64,000 bases of DNA from Yuukianura sp. NJ FZ-2021 (lineage: Eukaryota): the NCBI GenBank assembly GCA_046563655.1, contig CM102289.1, positions 6,386,001 through 6,450,000 of the forward strand, given 5' to 3'. The stretch's first letter is position 1, and each line of letters opens with the position of its first letter. The notes beneath the pieces were generated by a model. That model saw nothing but the letters and a program-made list of their open reading frames with translations, had not been told where the DNA came from and ran no database searches. A program made the translations under genes and the position numbers. This document shows positions 49,583-63,292 of this stretch, one piece after another.

Positions 49583-51403
49583 ATGCGTATGCCTTCAAAG
49601 AAATGGCTTCTGGCCATTGGAATTGGCAGTGTTTTGGTGCTGGTCATCACGGCAGTTGTTGTTGTTCTGATCGTCAATGCTTCAGCGGCAGCAGGTCAAT
49701 CGGGTCATCCTGACGATTACGATCCAGATTACAAAATGACGTTAAGTCCTGCGTCAAATTCAGTTCTTCAAAAGTATACCAATGCTGCCGTAAGTACTGA
49801 CGCAGTCAACTGTTCAGATATTGCTAACCAACTGTTAGAGGAAGGTGGAACCGTCGCAGACGCTGCAATTGGTGGACTCCTGTGCATGGGCGTGGTTCAT
49901 TCTCACTCTCTAGGAATTGGCGGTGGATTTTTGATGGTCATGTACAATGCAACTACAAAAGAAACGAGAGTGCTCAATGCTCGTGAAATGGCTCCAGCAT
50001 TTGCTACGGAGGACATGTTTGAAGATGTAGAAAATGGATCCACCGTGGGTGGATTGGCCGTGGCTGTTCCAGGAGAAATCAAAGGCTACTGGGAACTACA
50101 TCAACGCTACGGACGTTTGAAATGGTCCCGCCTTTTTACAGATACGATTGACCTCTGTGAAAATGGTTTCAAAGTGACCAAGTCAGCAGCCGATGCTCTT
50201 CGGGGGTCAAGCGACTACATCAAAAATGAACCATCCTTGGGCGCCATCTTTATCAATAGTACTACAGGCGAGGTGTTCCAAGAAGGAGATACGATGACAC
50301 GGCCACAACTTGCAAAAACGTTTCGTTATTTGGCAGAAAATGGCGGGAACGCTTTTTACACTGGAGATTTTGCGAAAAAACTGACAGATGATCTTAAACA
50401 GTTTAATGGATCAATGGAAGTCAGTGATTTGGAAAACTACCGCGTCGAATGGGGTACACCGATTGAGCTGGACTTGTTCGGTGAATGGAAGTTCAAAAGC
50501 GTCCCGCCTCCTGGAAGTGGCGTTTTAGTCGGCTTCATGCTGCGTGTGCTCGGAGATATCCTTAAACCCGTGTATTCTACTTCTGAACATGCTAGTCAAT
50601 ATCAAAAAATAATCGAAACGTTCAAGTACACTTACGCCAAAAGATCAATTCTCGGGGACCCGAATGACCCCGAAGTAACCCGAGCTGTTGAAGAAGTAGT
50701 TGCATTACTTAAATCTCCAGAATATGCAACAGAAGTGCGTAATAAACTTCTGCCCTCATCGACCAATCAGGATCCAGAATACTATGGAGCCGAATTTTCA
50801 AGTCTTCCAAATGATCATGGAACTGCTCACTTGTCAATTATTGCTGAAAATGGTGATGCCATTTCTGTCACAAGTACAATCAACTTACACTTTGGCGCCA
50901 AAATTCGATCGGTTCAAACCGGAATCATTTTTAACAATGAAATGGACGATTTCTCTTCACCAAACGCAACTAATTACTATGGAGTTCCACCGTCGGTAAA
51001 TAATTACATCAAACCTGGAAAACGTCCACTATCATCCATGTCTCCAGCGATTATTGTCGGACCTGCTGGAAAAGCTCGACTTGTGGTGGGAGGTGCCGGC
51101 GGGACAAAAATTACGACGGCAGTGGCGTTGGTTGCTATGCGAAATTTGTGGCTTGGAATGAACATTAAAGAAGCCATAGATGAAAGTCGTCTTCATCATC
51201 AACTGTTTCCAATGGAAGCGAAAACAGAGGAAGGATTTAGTTCTGAAATTTTTGACATTTTAAAAAGTTTTGGTCATGTGATGAATGCAAACACCACGTA
51301 TTCCGTTTCGGATTCAGTTGTTGGTGCAGTTGAAAGGACAATGGATGGGCAGTTACAAGCAAATTTTGATTATAGAAAATCTGGAAGTGTAGCTGGCTAT
51401 TAA
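49583..51403 (+). CDS. GGT1: Gamma-glutamyltranspeptidase (glutathione hydrolase), intronless
   Basis: Type II N-terminal anchor, GIGGGF, NAREMAP, VAVPGE, autocleavage site DHG|TAH, FNNEMDDFS, PGKRPLSSM and GGTKI. A TATAAA lies at 49471. Confidence 0.95.
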   Translation: MRMPSKKWLLAIGIGSVLVLVITAVVVVLIVNASAAAGQSGHPDDYDPDYKMTLSPASNSVLQKYTNAAVSTDAVNCSDIANQLLEEGGTVADAAIGGLLCMGVVHSHSLGIGGGFLMVMYNATTKETRVLNAREMAPAFATEDMFEDVENGSTVGGLAVAVPGEIKGYWELHQRYGRLKWSRLFTDTIDLCENGFKVTKSAADALRGSSDYIKNEPSLGAIFINSTTGEVFQEGDTMTRPQLAKTFRYLAENGGNAFYTGDFAKKLTDDLKQFNGSMEVSDLENYRVEWGTPIELDLFGEWKFKSVPPPGSGVLVGFMLRVLGDILKPVYSTSEHASQYQKIIETFKYTYAKRSILGDPNDPEVTRAVEEVVALLKSPEYATEVRNKLLPSSTNQDPEYYGAEFSSLPNDHGTAHLSIIAENGDAISVTSTINLHFGAKIRSVQTGIIFNNEMDDFSSPNATNYYGVPPSVNNYIKPGKRPLSSMSPAIIVGPAGKARLVVGGAGGTKITTAVALVAMRNLWLGMNIKEAIDESRLHHQLFPMEAKTEEGFSSEIFDILKSFGHVMNANTTYSVSDSVVGAVERTMDGQLQANFDYRKSGSVAGY

Positions 51404-51768
51404 CGATTAGGTCTGGATTAACTTACACACGAAAAAATATGAATCACCTCGTTTCGCATAGAGTTTAGGGTCAAGTAGAGTTACTAACGACATAATTTTT
51501 GTACTAACCACTTCAGCTTTAAGTGTTTTTATGACCTCAGAAAATTAAATCAACCGGGGAAATTTTTTTCCAATAAACACAACTGCAGAACTTCAACATT
51601 CTCAAGTTGTTTAGTTTCTGTTTCAGCCACTTTTATTTTAATCTCGGGTTTGGGTTTTTACCAAAAGGTGAATGAACTTTTGAATTTCATCATCATATTA
51701 GTTTTTATATTCGTATCCTTTTATAAATTGATTTTTAACAATTTTCAGAACATTTTTTAAAAATGAAA

Positions 51769-53252
51769 TTATTTTTTGCTTTCTACAAGATGCAGAAAGT
51801 TTATCACATCTTCAGCAAATATTTTTGGAACTTCAGCAGCCGCAAAGTGGCCTCCCTCTTTTCCGCGCGTAAAACTAACCAAGTTATGAAATTTATCTTG
51901 CAAAAAATATTCATTTTGCATGTTCAGCAGTTCATTTGGTAAAAACAGACATCCGGTAGGTGCTTTTACCGGAACGTTGTCAACTCCATGACGGCGTTCC
52001 CTCTGAGTAAGTGCTTCCGCATACAACCGAATACTCGTAGTAACAGAATTGGTGACCCAGTAAACCATGATGTTGTCCAGGAGTTCGTCAATGTTGAACC
52101 GTGACAGAAAACCGCCATCCTCAAGGTCACGGAAAGCCAAGTTCGTTCCTGTAGAAAACTTTTCGAGGACGTATGCAGCATATCCACTAGGAGAATTTGA
52201 CAGAGCGACGCCAATAGTATCGGGCTTTGTGGCTTGGAGATGGAAGTATCCAGATTCTACTATCATTTCACTAAATCGTTTTGACAACGGATACATCCGT
52301 GGTATATCTTCCTCGGCCATGAAATAGGACGGATACAGCGCACCTATGAGCATGCGCACAAATGTTTTGGAGTGGCGACTTGAGCAGAAGTTCAAGTGGA
52401 GTGCCATGACGTTGTTGGGGTACAGACTTGCAATGTTAGTTGCAATGGCTCCGCCCCAGTCGCCACCTTGGACATAGTACTTGTCATAACCAAGGCGGGA
52501 CATCAATTTTTGAAAAATTTGAGCAATTTCAACTGGACCGAGTCCTGGCCGATGCGCTTTTTCTGAAAACGCAAAGCCTGGAAGCGATGGGATGACCAAC
52601 TTCAAAAGATCAAAGGTCAACAGATTAGATTAGTCGTTACAAAATGTAACTTTGACTTTAAGCAAAAAGCAAATCAGTAATAAACAAACTACTCAGCATT
52701 TACCTCGTAGTTTGTATCTCCCTCGGGATCCGTCAGAAGCGGAATGACTTTCTGAAACTCAACAATTGATCCAGGCCATCCATGAATGAGCAAAAGTGGA
52801 CGCGTTGTTTTGTATGCCTTCTTTGACATACTTTTGACATGTTGAAAATGAATGTCAATTCCAGCAATTGAGGTCATGAATTGAGGATATCTATTGAGTA
52901 ACTTCTCTCTAGCTCTCCAGTCGTACTTGTTGAGCCAGTAAGAAGTGATGGGCCTAAGTGCTTTGGTGTTGAATCCATACTGAAACTGGATCCCTTCAAG
53001 GGGTGGAGTCAACCGATTTCCGTCTTCAGACAGTTCCAGTTCCAGTCGCTTCTTGAGGTCATTCAACACTTTGTCCTGGACGTTGATTTTAAATGGTCTG
53101 ATGGAAGTGTCTTCTTTTTGGCCTTCTTTGGTCTTTGGACCCCAGTAGTAGTCTGGGAGTGTTGGTGGGTCCTTGTCAGCTAAGGGCCCCATGATAGCCC
53201 ATGCAACTAGCACGGAAATGCCGATTCCCAGGAGTAAAATCCCTCTTCCCAT
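51769..53252 (-). CDS. EPHX1: Microsomal / juvenile-hormone-type epoxide hydrolase
   Basis: N-terminal anchor, IRPFKI, HGWPGS, nucleophile QGGDWG, ESGYFHLQATKPDTIG and GGHFAA. Single intron at ~52703-52600. Confidence 0.93.
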
Positions 53253-53953
53253 GATTGCTTGAATGTCAAAATTTTTGTTTTGCTGGGCTGTTATAACTTC
53301 GACCAAACTGAAATAAGCATACTTGACGACTCGGCTATTTGAGTCAAGATTTTTTTCACGGTCAAATTTTTTTGGTGCAGAGAGCTACAAAAAAAACTTG
53401 AGTGCTTAACTGGAATGGTTTTTGAACAGGGCAAAATTGTAAAACTAAAAGAATAGACTTTATTTGGTCATCATCCCATACACTGCACTTGGCTTGATCA
53501 TTTTTTCTAACTTTATGAACCTTTTGCCCTATATAGCACAAAAAAAAAGTAAACCAATATTTTTATTGGTCAAGTTTTATTGACAATTGTTCAGCATTTT
53601 GGCATATTCAAACAATTGTATGCACTAAAGCGGTTCCAATAGGATTTAAATCTCCAAACCAAATCTAAATACTAGAACTACTCTATCTAGAACTCTTCAA
53701 AAAAAAATTTCAAAGAAAATCGGCAATCCATTTACAAGCTGTCTCCTTGTTCAAAAAATAAGAAATCTTGACGGTCAAGCTTGAGTTAATATTTAATTCA
53801 AATGTCCACTTTCAATATACTGGTTTTTACTTACAATAAAAACGCTTTTTAAACCTTTTGCAAAAATGATAAACTTGAATGGCGTGCGTTCCAATATAAA
53901 GCTATGAGCAGTAAGCGCATTGTAACAGTCTTGTTCAAAATTTAAAAAAGAAA

Positions 53954-56195
53954 ATGGCCAGAATTCTTTCCGTTTTCCTACTTCTGATCGCTTTTGACAA
54001 AATTGAAGTTGTAGTATCAAAAAACGAAGTTTCAAAAATTTTGAAAGGACAAGATTGCTTTTCTGAGGCACTTAGAAGAATTGACGCTCCTTCTGGTGTT
54101 TCACTGGTTTACGTTCAATCCGAGGGCACAAAATTTGTTATTCAAAGAAATCTGTTTAAACTGTTTGCGCTTTTTTCTTCAATCATGGTCAACACTAGCT
54201 CTACTTTTTGGAATGAAAGACAACCAGGAGAAGATGACACATTTCGTGAAATACTTATAATACCTGGAACTATAGGAAACAACACATATGTAAATTTCAA
54301 AAATTCTAAGAAAAACATTTTTCTTCAAAATGAAATACTTGTTTGAAATTCTGTTCAGAAAAAGTTACACAGCGGTTCACTTTGGATTTACATCAATCCC
54401 GACGTTGCAACAGAAACTCTGCCAGTGCAGGAAGGATTTCCAGATTTATATCAAATTTTTCTATGTCAAAAGAACGAACTTAAAAAAATTTGGTGTGTCC
54501 AATCCAATTGTCGTTCGCAGAATATCAAAAATGGCGTCTACTTTAAGACCCCCAGGAACTTCAATGCTGGGCAAATTTTGTTTGTTACTCCTGTAAACCA
54601 TAAATATATAACATTAAGTCTAAAATTATGCAGTTTTTTTAAATTTTAAAAAGAATTGTATTATTTAGAGTTTAACAAAAACTAGTCCAACCAAAGCCAC
54701 CCGTTACCTTAAGGTGGAGAGAGCTACAAATCTCGTCATTACGCTAAACATGCGGTGAAGCTTTTTTTAACTTTTAATTAAATTTTTTGGCAAAAGAAAA
54801 TTAAAATTTTGAAAGAATTTAGGCCACAGCTTGTGTTCACGCCAACTAGCGATGGTGACGATGGAAACTCTTGGGAATCAATTTCAAAATTTATAGAATC
54901 GGGTCAAGTTGACATAAGTTCAGCTACTGGAATACTCCTTCCATCACGTACGAAAAACTTTCGGTTTTTCGTTATTGGCCAAGTCGATATGTAAGTCAAC
55001 TTTTTTTTAAACTTTTTTTTCGAAACGTATTTCAATTTTTATTGAATTTTGAATTTAGAATCCGAGCATACTTTCAACCCCGAGTGGATGGATCAATTCG
55101 CGACATTACCCTTGCCGCGTTTAAACTTGAAATTTGGTTGTTTCTATTCGCCCAAATCATTTTCATCGTATTTTGCTTTTTAATTTTCTTGAAATTTGAC
55201 ATTGGAGAAGGCATATTGGGTACAGTGAGTGTCTTCGCTATGCACGGTAAGTAAACTCGAATTTTTTTTCCAAAAATAATTTCGAAATTCAATATTTAAA
55301 CACTATTCGAGCTTTTAACTTATAGGAGTGTGCACCAAAAAACACAAATTTCGGCAACAATTTGTATCGGCCCGAATTTTTATGTTTGTCATAAACATTT
55401 CTGCGGTGATTCTCTACACTGCTTTTTCGGCTTGCCTTGTTGCCAATTTGTCCAATCACGAAGTATTAATCCATTCCATCGACCAATTGCTTCAGCACGG
55501 ATACAATTTTGGATTCAGAAACAATGATTCGTATCTTTACCCTTTGTATTCGGTAAAAACATTTCTAAACATTTCAATTCGATTCAAATTTTTTAAAAAT
55601 CTCGATGGTTATAGGAAGGCGAAGCTCGAAATTCGCCGATTGGAAAAATAATGCAAAGCAATCGCTTCAGACACTTCTATGAAACGGCTGAGGCACAAGA
55701 AGCAATCCAAAAAGATCCTAAGTTGGCGCTTCTAAGTGAACAAAATTTGTATGCCAGCACTACCAAGTTGTCTGCCAATTTTCATGACTTTGCAGTTGAA
55801 GGTGAAAAGGCTAAGTTGGCTGGATTCGTTAAGCGTGGCTCACTATTGTCAGATCCATTTAACTATGCGTAAGAATTTATTTGCATAATAATTTATTTAA
55901 GATACAAAAGTTGTAAGTGTCGAAATATTTTTCAAAACAAAGACAACTGAAGCAATGGCAAACGGGACTACGCAAAAGGTTGGCAGCGTTTGAACATAAT
56001 CAAGAACTGTTGGTAACACCGGCTAAAAAAGAAATCCCCAAAGCAAGAAGCATTCGACGTGACGATGTCTATGTTCCGTTCATGATAATTGGAGCAGGCC
56101 TCTTTGTAGGCTTCATTGCTTTGATCCAGGAACTAATTTTCAATAGAATCTCGAAATACAAACATCAATCTAAGACGGAACCGAAACGAAAATGA
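53954..56195 (+). CDS. Divergent ionotropic receptor (IR family)
   Basis: Signal peptide, S1-like segment (SWESISKFIESGQVDIS), M1 (AFKLEIWLFL), M3-like SARIF..ILYTAFSACLVANL, and terminal TM (DVYVPFMIIGAGLFVGFIALIQEL). Multi-exon. Confidence 0.7.
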
Positions 56196-56432
56196 GAAAC
56201 TACAGAAATCTATAACATAAAACGATATGATATTTGTTTTAAAGATTATCAGTGTAAACATGAATAGTATTTCAAAACAGAAACTAAATAAATAGTTCAG
56301 GATTCGAACAAAAGAAAAAGAACAACTACAACCATTTTTTTGAATAAAGATGACTACAAAGTTAATCACGTGGTAAATTGAGAGTGAATTGCCGATTCCT
56401 TGTTGTTGTTTTCTTTGAGGTACGTCAAAGGT

Positions 56433-57900
56433 TTAACGACGTTTTGTGCCCCCATATCCGGAGGACGTGTGGGTAGAGGATGAAGAAGAAGAGGAAGGAG
56501 CGCTAGCGCTACCATAATTCGCGGAACTTGACCCGAAGGTGTCTCCGAACCCAGATCGTTGACGGGTTTCGGTATATGAGTTCCTGGCAGAGCTGTAAGC
56601 GGAAGAGAGAGTAAGTGAAAGCGTCGATTAAAATGAATAATACATTAATTGAATCAGAAAAACGGTTTCAGATATGTCTAAGATCTAGACAATGAAGGTG
56701 AGGACAGGCAGATACATAAGGGAAAGTTAATTTTGGGGTGTTATTAGCATCTAAGCATCAGCATCAGCCGCATAATCCCGAAATATCTGGTTTGGGATTG
56801 TTGGAATGGTTATTTGAGCGAATTTGACTTACTTAGAACCAAACATGTATCCGAGCAAACCACCAGTAGCAGCTCCAGTCCAGAATCCACCACCCCCAGT
56901 ACCAGTTCCAGGTGCAGCATATTGAGACGATGAAGTTGCGCCGCAGTAATCATTTCCACCATAACCTGTATTTGGATAGTAATCGGATCGGAATCCAGGG
57001 GGTGGCGGTGCTCGGAATCCGGGAGGAGGTTGAGCTCCGCTAGTTCTACAAAGCAAGTTGTGGAATGTTAAATCGATTTTAGGGCTTCAAAAAAAGATCT
57101 AAAGGTATCAACTTTACGTGTTGGTAGAAGTACTGATGCAAGTGTAATAAATCGCAACAGCAATAACAACAAACGCCAGAATAACGAAAATATTTCCAAA
57201 AGACGATTTTGAACTTTCGTGAGCTTTCGGCGGGTGTCCATAATAGGCTGAGTGGTGGGTGGAGGTAAGTTCTAAAGAATACTCCAACTACACATAAAAA
57301 CATGTTTTCAAATTAAACGAACTGTTCAATGCGTTTTTAAAAAACGAAAGCAGATAGCTTGACTTACGCCGCACGAGCCACGGAGAACATAAGGATCGTT
57401 TGGTGAATCATATCCTTCACAAGTCACTGATATAGTTCCAAATTTAAATTCGTTTGGCATTTCGCTTTTACATTCCCACTAAAATCAAGTGTAAAGAAAA
57501 TCAAACATAAAAAATGAAAGTCAGTCTGTTCCATTCCATAGGAAGAAACTGAATTTAAATACAACGAACTTACTTGTGAATCGTATCCGTCACTTCCACG
57601 ATTGTAGCATTGCACTACACTTGGCTTCCAAGTGTTACATCCAGCAGATCCTCCCAAGCATTGCAATTGCGGTACGCCTGGACTCCGCCGGCCATTCGTG
57701 TATTGTCCTTGGTGTAGAGTAAGTGCTTTGATGTCCTTCAATAGAATCCTGTCACCACCGTTACCTAAAGCGAAATACAAACAATTAGCAACAGACATTG
57801 TAGATAGGATGTTAAAAACATTGTCACACGTACCATACGCGTGTACTACAGAAAGGCAGTAAATGCCGGCCAGGAAAAACACTACCAACAGCCCCTTCAT
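56433..57900 (-). CDS. SARAF: Store-operated calcium entry-associated regulatory factor (TMEM66)
   Basis: LKDIKALTL..YTNGRRSPGVPQLQCLGGSAGC..VQCYNRGSDGYDSQ|WEC..CEGYDSPNDPYVLRGSCG, then GFWTGAATGGLLGYMFG. Ends SGYGGTKRR*. Confidence 0.93.
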
Positions 57901-58265
57901 TTTGATAAAGAATGAGTCTGTCTTCTTCTATACACCGAAAAAGTCAGCCCGAATTTGGCTTTTAGCCAAATTCCGCAACGTTTCAGATCAGAGTCAGGGA
58001 TTCCTGAAACAAATAGAACAACCATAATGACAAACCTGCCACTTACTATGTAGAAATGCCAACTTAAAAAGCATCGATCGGCTAGCAAAATAATTACAAA
58101 GGGTTAACTATGAAAAGTAGCGTTAAAAAGGAACGTGAAAACTTACAAACTTCTCTGTTTTGTTGTCTCCCTAGTGGCTGTGATGGCTTACCAACTTTAT
58201 TGTATCAGTGATGTTACGACAAGTTAATCAATGTGACAAAGAATTCGGAATGAGAAGGACAACTG

Positions 58266-58871
58266 TATGAGGGGAGATCGACTGCTTTTCAACAGGATTT
58301 GCTGCAAACTTTTTTTAGAAAACACAAGCAAAAATAACTTGCAGAAAATCGAGGCGTCTAAAATTGTTTGCAGAAAATCCTAACGTTCAACAATTTCTAC
58401 AGGTAGAAAGCTTGCAGAAAATCGAGACGTCGAAAAAAGCTTGCAGAAAATCGAGAAGTTCGAAATAAGTTGCGGAAAATCGAGATGTAGAAAAAAACTT
58501 GCAGAGAATCGAGATGTAGAAAAAAACTTGCAGAGAATCGAGACGTCCAAAAAAAACTTGCAGAGAATCGTGTTGTCATTTGAGATGCCACATGCGCAGG
58601 GCGCTCTTATAGAGAATACCAAAAACAAAGAGTCGTGCGCCACCCAGTTCTGGCCTGTTGGCTAAATAATTTGAAATCAAACTAATCTATTAAACTCCAC
58701 ATCTGGATGACTAGTTTTGTTAATTATTCTTTAATTATATCTAATAATATATTAATATATAAATATCTAATCCAAACCAAAACTAAAACACTTCTATAAT
58801 ACCACCAATATATTATAGCGATAATAACTGTTATACTTCATTAAAAGGCTTATTTAGGTAATAATATGTTG

Positions 58872-58961
<90 letters not shown>

Positions 58962-59763
58962 GTAATATTATATATGATATTAATAATAGTAGTTGTATGC
59001 TCAGTTAAGTATTGAAAAGGTTGTGTGAATGGATTTCATATTATAACTTAGAAATGTTTCAAAGAATAAAACTGGTCATCCCAAAATTCTATTATTATAA
59101 ATATTTTTTATTATTAGATTTATAATTTATTATAATGAATTTATTATAATGTATTTTAACGAAGTATTAGAGTTATTATCGCTATAATATATTGGTGGTA
59201 TTATACAAGTGTTTTAGTTTTGCTTTGGATTAGATATTTATATATTAATATATTATTAGATATAGTTAAAGAATAATTAACAAAACTGGTCATCCCGATG
59301 TGGAGTTTAATTGATTAACTTGATTTCTAATTATTCAGCCGACAAGCCATAACTGGGTGGCGCACGACTCTTTGTGTTTTGGTATTCTCTAGAAAGAGCG
59401 GACTGCGCATGTGGCATCTCAAATTACAACACGATTTGCTGCAAGCTTTTGAACGTCTCGATTTTCCACAACTTTTTTTGAACATCTCGATTCTCCGCAA
59501 GTTTTTTTGAACATCTCGATTCTCCGCAAGTTTTTTTGAACGTCTCGATTCTCCGCAAGCTTTTTTCGACGTCTCGATTCTCCGCAAGCTTTTTTCGACG
59601 TCTCGATTTTCTGCAAGGAAAAAGCATGCAGAAAATGTTGAACATTACGATTTTCTGCAAGCAATTTTAGACATCTCAATTTTCTGCAAGTTATTTTTGC
59701 TTGTGTTTTTTTAAAAAAAGTTTGCAGCAAATCCTGTTGAAAAGCAGTCGATCTCCCCTCATA
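58266..59763. mobile_element. Foldback-type non-autonomous element with ~600-bp inverted arms
   Basis: 58266-~58846 is the reverse complement of ~59154-59763. Both arms contain tandem ~29-bp units (cttgc(a/g)gagaatcgagaYgt..aaaaaa). The spacer is AT-rich, and caactg flanks both ends (58260-65, 59764-69). Confidence 0.85.
58872..58960. repeat. (AAT)n microsatellite in the foldback spacer
   Basis: About 29 perfect AAT units. Confidence 0.97.
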
Positions 59764-60745
59764 CAACTGACGACTGTTTTGATTTATACGTGTTGTTGCT
59801 GCCTTATTCAACGTCGTAAATGAATGAAATGATTTTCAGATAGGGTCTTCCACACAGACACAACGAGTATAAGTACTCTTACAGACGTGGGCATAAATTT
59901 ACAGCCTATATCGTTTTCGTTGTTATGGCATTTTTTTCAAAATTGAGAATTTAAGAGGGGAAAAGGGAAATAATTGAGGTAATAAACCAAAAACTTATCG
60001 ACAAAAAATTTCCTTTGAGGGGATTGATTGATTTCTTTAAGTTTGGGCCTCATCAGCCTTTATAACTTTAATAAAATAAACAAACTTTTGTGTTTTTCGG
60101 CGTCTACTTCTTCCCAAACAACACTGTATAAAAAAACTCAGAAAAGATATAAGAGTTTGACATCTCCATCAATCATCAACTTAATCTATTATAATTAGCT
60201 AGGTAATTCAGTACTTTACAGTTAATTGATCAGTACTTACAATTGGTTAATAATTGGCACTTTATATAATATTTTGCCCGTACTAGCTGCACATGCAAGC
60301 TGTGTGTGTAAGGTAAACAACTTTGAGTGTAACCGAATCCGCTCAACAATTTAAATTTGAGCGTACGTGTAAGACAACGTTTAGAGTGACGCGCACGTCG
60401 CACCTTCTCCAACTTTCTCGTTGAATTCAACGTTATGCATTGGAGTTACATATCTAAATGGTATCATCAATAATCCAAGACTAATTATACACTAATTATT
60501 CAGTTATACAATAATTTCCACTTATTATTAATATTTTATTATTCAGTTAGTCAATAACGAAACACATAAAAACTGTAGGCACTTAAGTATAGTCTTCTAC
60601 TACAAGAGAATATTTTCCAAAGGTATTTTGTACAATTTTTGTATTTATCAATTTTGCACCTTCGAAAGGTAGCAAAAGCGTCTTGATCGAAATGCTAAAA
60701 TCTACCCGGCTACAATATTTTACAAAAATTGTGACATGTCAAAGG

Positions 60746-63029
60746 TTAAAGATGAATTGAGCATGACAATGAATATCTTCTCTGCGCATAGGACCGTTCT
60801 TGTTCAATTTCTGGGGTTCTGCGTGCAGCATATATCAAATCTGCTTCTTTGTTTTCCCAATCCCGAAGATGTTGAAGCGGGTAACAAAGAATGCCCGAAA
60901 GAAGCAAATATCCGCCCGCGGCGTAAAACGAAATGTCGTAAGTGCCGGTCGAATCTTTCAACCAACCTAAACATATTTGATTTTTAAAAATCTGTCACAA
61001 TTTTAATGTCCAAAACTTAAAATTTTTGGAAAAGCTTTACCCCCAAGAGGATTTCCAAACAAAGTTCCAATTCCCATGAACAGAAGCGATAGGCCCAATG
61101 CTGCGTTGAATTTGTCCAATCCCATTAACTTTAGGATTAGCACCGATCGGAGCACAGTGAAAATAGCTGCAATACGAGAAATTTGTTATTTTCAAAATTT
61201 CAAGATTTTTATACAAATTCGTCTCACCAATAGCAAATCCAAAAACGACACAAATGATGACGAGGTGATAGTAGGCTGTTGTGAAAGGAATCACCATGAT
61301 TGCAATTCCGCCAAAAGTTAGTGCAGCGTTGCTAAGAATCAATGGATTAACAAGTGGATGACACGAAATCAAACCAAAAATCAATCGTCCAGATGTATTA
61401 GCAATTCCAATTATTGACAACAAAAATGTTGCACGTCTTTCGTCAACTCCGGCAATTTCCTTCATGGCTTTATCTAAAAAGGTGGCGCCAAAAAGCATTA
61501 AAAACGTGCACATTTCTTTATAAATTGTTAACTTTCAAAAATATGTTTAACTTACCGACAAGGAATGCATAAGGTCCGAAGAATCCAAGCATTGTAATAG
61601 CTCCAGAAATTGAAATTAGTAAAAATGTTGGAGACACCATTAGCATTCTCATGGATTTTTTCATTGAACTGAGTCTCTGTTCAGCAGACATTGAAAAATC
61701 GCTTATGAGAAGCTCGGGTATACCGCCTTCATTCTTCACATTAGTTGCGCTGTTGCCAGCTCCTGTAAATAAACCATACAGTGTTATTGTTGTTGTCGCG
61801 CAGACGTTGTTGGTGTAATTGTGCTCGGATTGCATAATTAGGATAATTTGTGTAGCAATTATTATTGCATACTATGTTAGGTTACATGTACAAAATTCGC
61901 AATATTTGCAATCTTACGTCGTTTTGGTACTGGAACGTACAAGAATGCAAACGAGGCCGAAGCGAGTGCAACTGCTGCCTGAAACAAATAGGCTTCTTTC
62001 CAGCTCCATGTTCTCGAAATCAAGGCAAGGAGTGGCGGGAAAATGATAGTTCCGCATCCCGTGCCCATCATTGCCAGACCGTTGGCCAGCGGGAGCCACT
62101 TGTCAAAGTACATTCCAAGGATAATCACGGAAGGCTGAAACATCATACCAAAACCTAAGCCACTGATCCCACCGAAACATGCTACGGTGGCCCAAATATT
62201 CGGTTTCCCTCGTGAAGCGAGCCATGACAGAAATATTCCGAGTGAAGCTAAAAGCGATCCGGAAACTGCAACTTTTCTAAATCCAAACTTGTCCACTAGT
62301 ACAGAAATGAATGGCCCTAAAAATTTAAAAATAAACTAAAACCAAACTTTGTTCAATTTCAAAACAGAAAGTTTTTTTCATTGGCTCACCAGCTACCAGC
62401 GTCACGCAAAATAAAACAGAGGAAATGAGACCGTACATTGCCACTGTAATTTCGTATACCGGAGCTGGAACAACACAAATTGAAATCAATTACAAAGTCA
62501 ATTTTTAAAATTTTTGTTGTTGTTTTTTAAAAACAAATCTTAAAAACAAATCAAATTAAAAATAAATGAGTGTTTTACCTGCTGGAGTGCAATTTCCTCG
62601 GCAAGGACTTGTCGTGTTGACAATTCCGCTTGCCTTTCTGATATCCTCCATCAATGCACTTTGACTTACACTAATTCCATCCAAAACGAAATTTGAAAGA
62701 AACGCGGCAAAAACAATGACCCAACCGTAGCCTCCATCCTGAATTTCACAATGTAAAATGCGTTAAACCACTTTTGCTTAACTTTTTGTAGTCCTTACTG
62801 GAGCATTTGTCAACAATTTTTCTTTTTTGTGAATCAGTGGTTCCTCTTCCGAATCTTCATCGTCCGCCGAAAGTGCGGGAACGATTTCATCGCTCGTGAT
62901 TGTCGTAAAACTGCTTGAGGCAGGTTGTCTTATGGGTGGTCGTGGCGGTAGAGCACTACTCGGCATCGGACCTCCCTCTTCTTCAATTACTGGAAACGCG
63001 TCACCAGGCGGAACTGACAAATGCTTCAT
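60746..63029 (-). CDS. Monocarboxylate transporter family (SLC16/MFS) protein
   Basis: DGGYGWVIVFAAFLSNFVLDG, KFGFRKVAVSGS, GLGFGMMFQPS..YFDKWLPLANGLAMMGTG, FLLSIIGIANTSGRL and DSTGTYDISFY. About eight exons. Confidence 0.9.
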
Positions 63030-63292
63030 TTTTTGTTAAAAAACTATATAAACTGCACCAAAATAATTTTTATCGCCCAAAACCAGCAAGCGTTTGTTGA
63101 CCTCAAGGCTGAGGCGTAGTAAAATATCAAGAAAACCAAGTGAAATAAACTTGGATTGATTAAGATGTTTCAGTGAAGACTTTTTGTCAAGAAGTATTTT
63201 TGAAGATGTTCGTTTCAAAATAGCTGATGATTGCAAAGAGTGATGATTTGGAGTGCAGATAGCCCCTTGGACTCATTTTGTGTATATGTCTC

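Noticed and set aside
58380..59811. Repetitive ORFs (e.g. KKLAENRDV repeats) and a CRISPR-like look of the ~29-bp units
   Set aside because: The units are contiguous tandem repeats without unique spacers inside TE arms. There are no cas genes and the context is eukaryotic, so the ORFs are by-products.
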